Positions 57,279 to 64,000 of a stretch of DNA of 64,000 nucleotides are shown here, piece after piece. How positions within the stretch are numbered: position 1 is the stretch's first letter; each line of letters opens with the position of its first letter. Under the pieces are notes generated by a model, which was not told the origin of the DNA, ran no database searches, and was given only the letters and a program-made list of their open reading frames with translations. The stretch is from a virus (Duplodnaviria; Heunggongvirae; Uroviricota; Caudoviricetes), in the IMG/VR virus record IMGVR_UViG_3300009502_000023, positions 37,731 through 101,730 of that record; one strand, 5' to 3'. A program made the translations under genes and the position numbers.

Positions 57279-60200
57279 ATGGCAAATAGCGGACCAACAA
57301 CTGAACCAAATGAAGTACAGTTCATTGAGATGAATAAGAATCTTGAACGAATATCTGGTCGGTTTGAAAGACAAGAAACTGTAAATAAAGAACAGATGAA
57401 AAGTCTTGAAAACACATTAACAAAATCAATAAATAACCTAGGTAAATTTACAGCTCAGTCTGTTAAAGATGTTGCTCGTGCTGTTCATCAAGAAGTTAAT
57501 CTCGGTTCAAGAGAATCAGTACAGCGAGGTGGTGGTGCAGCCGGTGGATTAGTTGGTGTTGTTGCGATGAAAGCTATCCAAGATAGTAAAGTAGCTCAGA
57601 ATACAATTGCAGTTTTAAAAGATAAACTTTCTAAAAAATTTTCTAGAAAGAAAGGACCATATCGAATTTCTGATGAAGTGTATGATCAGGGTGATGAGAA
57701 TCTTCCTAAAGCAGCTACTGGTGGATTTGTTAAAAGAACCGGAAAAGCTATTGTTCATGCTGGTGAAAAGATTACCCGAAAATCCACAGTTGATGCACAT
57801 CTTCAAACATTACAAATGATTCAATCTTCACTTCAATCAATTCAAGCTACTCAAGTAGAAATGGTTTCATCTTTAAATAGTGTACAGATGTCTCTTACAG
57901 ATCCATCTGCTGCTGGTGGATTCTTTAAATCTGTTGGTGATACCGCTAAGGTTTTAATACCTTTGTTTGGTGGTGGGATGTATAAGAATGATATTAAGAA
58001 AAGTGGTAATCCATTTGCTACAATGACAGATGCGCTGTTAGAGATATATAGATGGCAGAGACTTTATGGTGAATTATCAAAGAGACAGTTGAATGAGTTA
58101 ATCAAAGCTAGTGGTGGCGAACAGCAAGATGTATATGGTAAACGTGGCGTTCTATTTGAATTTATGATCAAGAACAGAACCAAGATTCTTGATAAATTGG
58201 CTGCACACATTAAGAAAAAAGAGGGAGAGGGAAAGAAACCAATCTTTGCTAAAGCTGCTAAAGGAGTAATGGGTAGTTGGATTGGTAAAGCTTTGATGCA
58301 GGATCCCGAAATGTTTGAAATGGCGAACCGGGAGGCTGCTTTGGCTCATGGATCAAAAATGCTTAAACCTGGAAAACAACAGGGCCCTGAACAAAGTCTA
58401 GGACAAAAAATTGGATCATGGACTATCTTTGGTCAAAAAGAAACTGTTGCAAATCATAAGTTAATGAAGAAATCATTCGGATCTGAATTCACACATGAAT
58501 CTCTTCATGAAAGACCCGAAACTGCAGATATCTATGGCAGAGCAGATCAAGCGGGAGTTAATCTTGGAAGTCTTGGAAAATTAAGAGCAGAAAGAGATAA
58601 GCTTTTATCCAAGACAATAAAAGATCCAAAAGCTTCAGCTGCCAGAGATGCAAGAGTCGCTGCGATTAACAAACATCTTGAGAAAAGTGCCAAATCTGTT
58701 TGGGCGAAGGTGATGGAAGCTGAGAAAGCTAGTAATGGTGGTGGACAGAAAGCGACGCAAAATAATGTAAAATCTAGTGAATATACAAAGACAGGTAAAG
58801 ATAATTTTGCAGAGACAGCTACAGGCAAACAGGGTTCATCTATTTTCTGGTTACAGAAGATCTATAATTTATTAAAAACTGGCAGTATAGGTAAGAGCAA
58901 AGAAAATGTTACATCAAATCATACTCCTACTGTTAATCTGTTTAAACCTTCTGGTGAAGGTAAAGCTAAAATTAAAAGAAAAGGTAAATTTAAAGATATA
59001 ACTCCAGAAGATTCATTATCTAAAATATCTGAATCAACTTCTACAATTGCTGATTTGTCAAAAAAGACTGAATCAAGATCTGCTACTCAAGCAAAGGATG
59101 CTAAGAAATCAGCTATATGGGATAAAGTAAAAGAAAAAGGTAAAGGTGGAATTAGTAAAGTATTTGAATTTGTTAATAGTATCAGTGGTATGTTGTTTAG
59201 TATTGTTCCTTTAATTGGTGCGATGGTAGCATTTCCGAAAGCAACAGTAGCAACTCTAAAATGGGCAATTTCTTCACCGCTTGATAATATTTCTAAACTT
59301 CTGGTAATGTTTAGTAAGTTTAGTAAATTGTTTACACTTACAAGTTTGTGGGGTGGTCTTAAAGCTCTTTATCATCTTCCTAAAACTTTAAAAAGTATGT
59401 TTGGTGTTGTTAAAGGTGTATTCAATGTTTTCAAATCTGCTGGTTCATTATTTAAAGGTCTTAGTGCAGTTGGTAAAGTTGCTGGTAAAGGAATTGGTAA
59501 AGGAATCATGGGTGCAGCAGGTAAAGCCTTTGCGAAAAAAATTCCTGGTGTTGGCGCAATACTTGGTATAATGTTCGGTATTAATAGATTTAGAAAAGGC
59601 GATATCATTGGCGGTATTGGAGAAATTGCATCTGGTATAGCTTCAATATTTCCTGGTCCAGGAACTGTAATCAGTTTACTTATTGATGGACTTCTTATAG
59701 CTAAAGATATACATGAAGAAAAAACGGGACAAAGTATGAATGCGCAAATAGGAGATATAGCATTACATAGTATTCCTGGTATTGGTTCTATAATGTATAT
59801 GTTCGAGGGTGTTAAAAAATGGAAAAATGGAGATAAGAAAGGTGCTTTGATAGATTTTGCATCTGGTTTTGGAGCTATAATTCCTGGTGTGGGTCCATTA
59901 ATTCATGGAATTGCTAGTTGGTTAACAGATTATAAAGATGTATCTAAAGAAAAGAAAGATGCATCTACTACTACTAAAGCTAAACAAGAAGGAGAATCTA
60001 ATGTATTAGCTTCAGCAGGAGGACCATTTAAACCAATAACAAGCAGTAGCAGATCATTTGATGCAGCAACAGAAAAAAATAAACTGTGGGCAGAAAGTAA
60101 TAAATCAAGACAAACCAATGATTATATTGGTGCTGCTAGAGAAGTTACTACTGCAAGTGGACAACGTATTACTTTATCCCCAGGTGATATCGCTACAGTC

Positions 60201-60497
60201 AAAAAAGGTCAACCATCTATTGCAGAGAGAAATGTATCTAATAATCTTGCTGAAGGAGCCAGACAAAATGCAGTTAGTGAACAGCTTAATAATTCAGCAG
60301 CAACTGTTAGAGCATCAAAACAACTTGGTGGATCTATAGCTAGATCTTCTGAAGCAAGTACTAACAATATCAATAATGTTGTGAATAAGGTTACAAAAGT
60401 AAGTACTAATAATACTAGTAGTGGTGGCGGTGGCGGTCCGACCAAGCTTCCTCTCTGGCAAGATCTAAGTTTTCTCCTAGCAGGAACTAATATTTAA
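57279..60497 (+). CDS. large (1072 aa) putative virion protein with coiled-coil N-half and Gly-rich amphipathic/hydrophobic repeats (tape-measure- or ejection/pore-like)
   Basis: GKGIGKGIMGAAGKAFAKKIPGVGAILGIMFG and repeated GxGxI motifs; follows terminase. Confidence 0.5.
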   Translation: MANSGPTTEPNEVQFIEMNKNLERISGRFERQETVNKEQMKSLENTLTKSINNLGKFTAQSVKDVARAVHQEVNLGSRESVQRGGGAAGGLVGVVAMKAIQDSKVAQNTIAVLKDKLSKKFSRKKGPYRISDEVYDQGDENLPKAATGGFVKRTGKAIVHAGEKITRKSTVDAHLQTLQMIQSSLQSIQATQVEMVSSLNSVQMSLTDPSAAGGFFKSVGDTAKVLIPLFGGGMYKNDIKKSGNPFATMTDALLEIYRWQRLYGELSKRQLNELIKASGGEQQDVYGKRGVLFEFMIKNRTKILDKLAAHIKKKEGEGKKPIFAKAAKGVMGSWIGKALMQDPEMFEMANREAALAHGSKMLKPGKQQGPEQSLGQKIGSWTIFGQKETVANHKLMKKSFGSEFTHESLHERPETADIYGRADQAGVNLGSLGKLRAERDKLLSKTIKDPKASAARDARVAAINKHLEKSAKSVWAKVMEAEKASNGGGQKATQNNVKSSEYTKTGKDNFAETATGKQGSSIFWLQKIYNLLKTGSIGKSKENVTSNHTPTVNLFKPSGEGKAKIKRKGKFKDITPEDSLSKISESTSTIADLSKKTESRSATQAKDAKKSAIWDKVKEKGKGGISKVFEFVNSISGMLFSIVPLIGAMVAFPKATVATLKWAISSPLDNISKLLVMFSKFSKLFTLTSLWGGLKALYHLPKTLKSMFGVVKGVFNVFKSAGSLFKGLSAVGKVAGKGIGKGIMGAAGKAFAKKIPGVGAILGIMFGINRFRKGDIIGGIGEIASGIASIFPGPGTVISLLIDGLLIAKDIHEEKTGQSMNAQIGDIALHSIPGIGSIMYMFEGVKKWKNGDKKGALIDFASGFGAIIPGVGPLIHGIASWLTDYKDVSKEKKDASTTTKAKQEGESNVLASAGGPFKPITSSSRSFDAATEKNKLWAESNKSRQTNDYIGAAREVTTASGQRITLSPGDIATVKKGQPSIAERNVSNNLAEGARQNAVSEQLNNSAATVRASKQLGGSIARSSEASTNNINNVVNKVTKVSTNNTSSGGGGGPTKLPLWQDLSFLLAGTNI

Positions 60498-60509
60498 AGG
60501 AATTTATTT

Positions 60510-61691
60510 ATGTCAATAACACCATTAAGAAGTTCGAATATCACCCTACCAGATATTCTTGGGTGGCCCGGTGCTGTTTCTGGTGAACCAGATGGAAGTC
60601 CCGGTGGGCAAACCATGACTGAGCAAATGATGCGATCTATGCCACTATGTTATTTAGAACCAATGAAACAACATGGAGAACTAGGTTTAGAAATTTTTAC
60701 GTTACAACCAGCATGGGATGATTTTGAAAATTACTTAAATGCAAATGAGGTTGATGTTGGTAGAAATAATAAACAACTAGTTGCTATGTATCAAGATTTA
60801 AGTCCAATGTCAGAAACGTACACAAATACTTATTCACCATCAGCATTACTAAGCGGATTAACAGAGGGTTTATCTGGAACCGCCGGTGAGTTAATGTATC
60901 TCACAGGGAAGAACATTGAGCAAAATATTGCATCAGCAGCAGAAAGTGAAAATAAAACACTAAGTACTATTGCCGGTGGTGCTCAAGATTTATTAAAATC
61001 TGCAGAAGGATTGGCCGCAGGAGTAATTGGAGAATCTTCTGCTGCTCAAATGAGACATGCATTGTTATCTGGACAGAAGATTGATTTTCCTATGATGTGG
61101 AAAGGTTCATCTTTTTCAGCTAGTTACGATTTAAGTATTAGATTGTATAATCCTTCTCCTGCGTCGGATTACTATTATGGAAATTTAATTCTTGGACCGT
61201 TAGCAGCTTTGATGGCGCTCGTATTACCAAAAACAGCAATCGATCTTACTCATCCTGCTGGGATGCAAGATCTAACTTATCAATGGCCATTTTTATTAAG
61301 ATTTACTATTCCCGGTTTAGTTAAATTAGATTCGTGTTATATTTCAAGTATGAATGTTGTTAAGGGCGGTGACGTAAATGATAGAGCATGGAATAACAGA
61401 CCAAATGTAGTAGACATCAGATTAACTATTAGTCCATTGTATAATACAATGTTAATGACAACTGAAATACCATCGAAGAGTAATCAACCAACATTACTTG
61501 GAGAATTAACAAATTTGTATCAAAGAAAACAAGAAATTGAACCAAGTACAATTGGATCTCCATCTGAATTTATATCCGAGACAGAGCCTATAATAAATAA
61601 CTCTCCATTTCAAGGTCAACAAACTCCAACTTCTAGCAGATTCAATTTATCTCCGGCAGAAGAATCAGCAGCTAACAATGGCAGGATATAA
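60510..61691 (+). CDS. hypothetical protein (virion module)
   Basis: ORF 393 aa. Confidence 0.5.
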   Translation: MSITPLRSSNITLPDILGWPGAVSGEPDGSPGGQTMTEQMMRSMPLCYLEPMKQHGELGLEIFTLQPAWDDFENYLNANEVDVGRNNKQLVAMYQDLSPMSETYTNTYSPSALLSGLTEGLSGTAGELMYLTGKNIEQNIASAAESENKTLSTIAGGAQDLLKSAEGLAAGVIGESSAAQMRHALLSGQKIDFPMMWKGSSFSASYDLSIRLYNPSPASDYYYGNLILGPLAALMALVLPKTAIDLTHPAGMQDLTYQWPFLLRFTIPGLVKLDSCYISSMNVVKGGDVNDRAWNNRPNVVDIRLTISPLYNTMLMTTEIPSKSNQPTLLGELTNLYQRKQEIEPSTIGSPSEFISETEPIINNSPFQGQQTPTSSRFNLSPAEESAANNGRI

Positions 61692-61773
61692 ACAGTATTA
61701 TACTATATATATTAATTATTGAAGAGAATAAGTTATTCTCTGTCATTTCTAAACGTTCAAAAAGGAGTATAGT

Positions 61774-62196
61774 ATGAAGAAGAATCAATTGGTTATCGGG
61801 ATGCTGTTGATTGTTGGAATGATGTTGTGTCTTACTGGTTGCAGCAATGCACCAAGTGATTCATTGATCAAGAAAGTATATTTGTCTGAATATAAGACAG
61901 GAACCTTCGTTGATCCTGAATTGACGCCAGCTGCTCTGGTTAGTTATAAAATCATCGGCACTGAGTTGACCAGCAATGAGCAGGAAACATTTTATAATGT
62001 TACTGTTGAAGGAATCTTTCATAAAACGCTAACCGAGGATGAAATCAAGTCTCTCAATAAGCGGGGTAAAGGAAATGCATTTAAAACATATGATTCCGTC
62101 GATCGAATCAAGATCACATTCGTGAAACGTCGCGGCGAGTGGTTTAATGAAATGGAAAAATATCCAACGCACATCAAGCAAGAATTCGGCAGGTAA
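61774..62196 (+). CDS. lipoprotein
   Basis: signal peptide MKKNQLVIGMLLIVGMMLCLTGC with lipobox LTGC; AAAGGAG RBS. Confidence 0.65.
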   Translation: MKKNQLVIGMLLIVGMMLCLTGCSNAPSDSLIKKVYLSEYKTGTFVDPELTPAALVSYKIIGTELTSNEQETFYNVTVEGIFHKTLTEDEIKSLNKRGKGNAFKTYDSVDRIKITFVKRRGEWFNEMEKYPTHIKQEFGR

Positions 62197-62208
62197 TTCA
62201 AATTCTTG

Positions 62209-62245
62209 GGTAGTATAGAGTAATATCTATACTACCTATTTTTTT
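62209..62245. terminator. rho-independent terminator between convergent transcription units
   Basis: 11-bp stem GGTAGTATAGA/TCTATACTACC then TATTTTTTT. Confidence 0.55.
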
Positions 62246-62256
62246 CGTTGATTTTT

Positions 62257-63408
62257 CTACAATACATTCCTTAGATAAAACACAAGATAATAAGCTACGA
62301 AATTTCTAGATATTGCTTGTGACTGTATAGATAATTTATCATACCAAGTATGTAATCCTAATAATTTAATAATTCCCGAATGAATATTTGCTATTGATTT
62401 TTTAAAGTATACCTCCTGTTTGGTTACTTTAATACTCATCAACTTTTGAACATAATCTAAAAACTCAGTACTTTTTATATATGAAATATCTTTAGTATCT
62501 TTCAGAAGTAAATACAATGCAGTTTCAATATCATCTTTAAATTGTGGAGTAGCTAATTTCTGTGAATACTCTATAGATAATTTCTTATTAAACTTTAGTA
62601 ACTGTGATGCATTTAGTGCTGCTGTTGTATCGACTTTACCATAGATACATATGTCTGAAGCGATTTGTGAAATAAAGTTCTTTAGTTTGATTTCATGTGA
62701 CTGATCAACATTCTGCGATCCGTCTTCTTTTTCGTTAGAAATATTACCTCTTTCATACTCTTCGTAATATGCTTTAGCAAAACTTCTCATAGATTGCATG
62801 ATAGTAGTTTTCAATGAATAGATCATCTTAAATAATCCAGCTGCGTTATCAGTCATAAGATTATTCAAATGAGTTTTCATTACGTTTACAGAATAATACA
62901 TAATCGCATTTGGAATCGTTTTCTGTTTTACAAACATATGATTCTTTGATAATGATTCTAATGCAGATTGAAATGCTGGTTTATTACAAAATGACTTTCT
63001 TGATCCTGCTGGCGTAGTCATTTTATGAAAACTATTCGTATAATAACGCAAACTAAATAAATGAAATGCTGCCTGCGCTGCTGCAAAATCTTTCTTCTTT
63101 AGAAATTCTTGTATGATAATAATTAATAACGTAGTATATGGATCGTGTAAGAGCTGGAACTTTCCACTATAGGAGAATACTGTTAGATACTTTTCTTTAG
63201 AATACTTTCTTAGATCTTTTTCATTCGTATGAGTCATATATAAAAGTTCTCGATAGATATCTGCAATTTTGGGATAATAACAATTCTCTACCATATTCGA
63301 AAACTCCACACTGATCTTATTTAATATGAATCTGTGTAATTCTGGTAGATTAATTTCAGCTACTACTTCATTTGTTTTTACAGAATGGATCTTTGTTAGT
63401 GTATTCAT
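62257..63408 (-). CDS. hypothetical protein
   Basis: ORF 383 aa on - strand, ATGA-coupled to upstream - strand ORF. Confidence 0.5.
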   Translation of the reverse strand: MNTLTKIHSVKTNEVVAEINLPELHRFILNKISVEFSNMVENCYYPKIADIYRELLYMTHTNEKDLRKYSKEKYLTVFSYSGKFQLLHDPYTTLLIIIIQEFLKKKDFAAAQAAFHLFSLRYYTNSFHKMTTPAGSRKSFCNKPAFQSALESLSKNHMFVKQKTIPNAIMYYSVNVMKTHLNNLMTDNAAGLFKMIYSLKTTIMQSMRSFAKAYYEEYERGNISNEKEDGSQNVDQSHEIKLKNFISQIASDICIYGKVDTTAALNASQLLKFNKKLSIEYSQKLATPQFKDDIETALYLLLKDTKDISYIKSTEFLDYVQKLMSIKVTKQEVYFKKSIANIHSGIIKLLGLHTWYDKLSIQSQAISRNFVAYYLVFYLRNVL

Positions 63409-64000
63409 GATTGTACAATGTCAATGTTAATTGTGTCTGCGGTGAATCCTACGTAGTTTGGTGTATAATCCATTAACTGTGCTTGTGTTAAATCTTTATC
63501 AATATCATATTTAAACCGAATATCAATTTCTGGAGAAAGAACTTCACAGAAAGCTACACCAGAAACCCCATTAACAACCTGACCAATTTCTGCTCTGCTC
63601 AACTCTTTTTGCGTGCCCATATATGGAGAGAAATACTGAACTAAAGTATCCTTAATATTTTGTTTCAATGTATTTTGAGATATTGTTACTAGCGGATCTT
63701 GTTCTACTGATAAATTTATTTGTAAAGGAATACTAAAACTCTGAACATCTATCCACTCAGATCCTGAATATACAATTACTTTTGGTTCTCTAGAAGAATC
63801 TAATTCATCCATCACTCGGACATATGTTCCTCTGGTTGGTGCAGTTAGATACCACACATCTGAACCACCCGGTCCAATACCAACATATAATTGAGCTATA
63901 GAATTTACATAGCTGGATGATGATTGGGTTTCATATCCGGGTACTATTCCATTTACAATGTATAGATTAGAAGAAGCAGAACTACTAGAACTAGAACTAG
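63405..64000 (-). CDS. hypothetical protein, 5' end outside window (Ser-rich stretch near window edge; possibly tail/fiber-like)
   Basis: reading frame stays open from 63998 back through the annotated GTG at 63857; track start is an internal codon. Confidence 0.45.
   Translation of the reverse strand, partial: SSSSSSSASSNLYIVNGIVPGYETQSSSSYVNSIAQLYVGIGPGGSDVWYLTAPTRGTYVRVMDELDSSREPKVIVYSGSEWIDVQSFSIPLQINLSVEQDPLVTISQNTLKQNIKDTLVQYFSPYMGTQKELSRAEIGQVVNGVSGVAFCEVLSPEIDIRFKYDIDKDLTQAQLMDYTPNYVGFTADTINIDIVQS

Overview
This window reads as an AT-rich (about one-third GC) segment of a large virulent tailed dsDNA phage with T4-like gene complexity. Genes are densely packed on the + strand from 0.1 to 62.2 kb, with many ATGA/overlap couplings and strong AGGAG ribosome-binding sites. 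The exception is one divergent - strand gene at 7.0-7.7 kb. A convergent terminator at 62.2 kb is followed by a - strand block that runs off the window.

Recognisable content:
- Two metallophosphoesterases and a radical-SAM enzyme.
- An SbcD/SbcC (Mre11/Rad50, gp47/gp46-like) pair.
- An NAD-dependent DNA ligase.
- A LigD-Pol-like archaeo-eukaryotic primase-polymerase.
- A Dda/RecD-like SF1 helicase and a DEDDh exonuclease.
- A compact two-subunit RNA polymerase (beta-prime 949 aa, beta 1095 aa).
- GTP cyclohydrolase I and a glutamine-amidotransferase-QueC fusion, the 7-deazaguanine DNA-modification chemistry.
- A tRNA-Gly(UCC).
- A T4 gp17-like large terminase and the start of a virion module.
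- At least 8 freestanding homing-endonuclease-like genes (Zn-ribbon + NUMOD3-like repeats + PD-(D/E)xK-like C-terminus) sitting next to essential genes.

Features no standard annotation would explain:
1. Seven genes in three loci encode unrelated proteins that all start with the same 16-18 aa leader, MK[TI]R[NT][SG]LVSNSSS[SA]SF. The leader is conserved at the protein level but not the DNA level. It is a candidate virion-packaging or targeting tag on a polymorphic set of putative injected or anti-defence proteins.
2. Two ubiquitin-like conjugation-style modules are present. One is a contiguous UBC-like E2 (HPN...C) + ThiF-like E1 + JAMM/JAB operon. The other is a short E1 + small protein + E2-like set. 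Both are phage-encoded.
3. Duplicated cassettes combine an identical 20-nt upstream element, an RHH-like small ORF and a degenerate endonuclease gene.
4. One endonuclease ORF reads in-frame into a small GC-rich gene.
5. Four genes have a sharply different, GC-rich codon usage.
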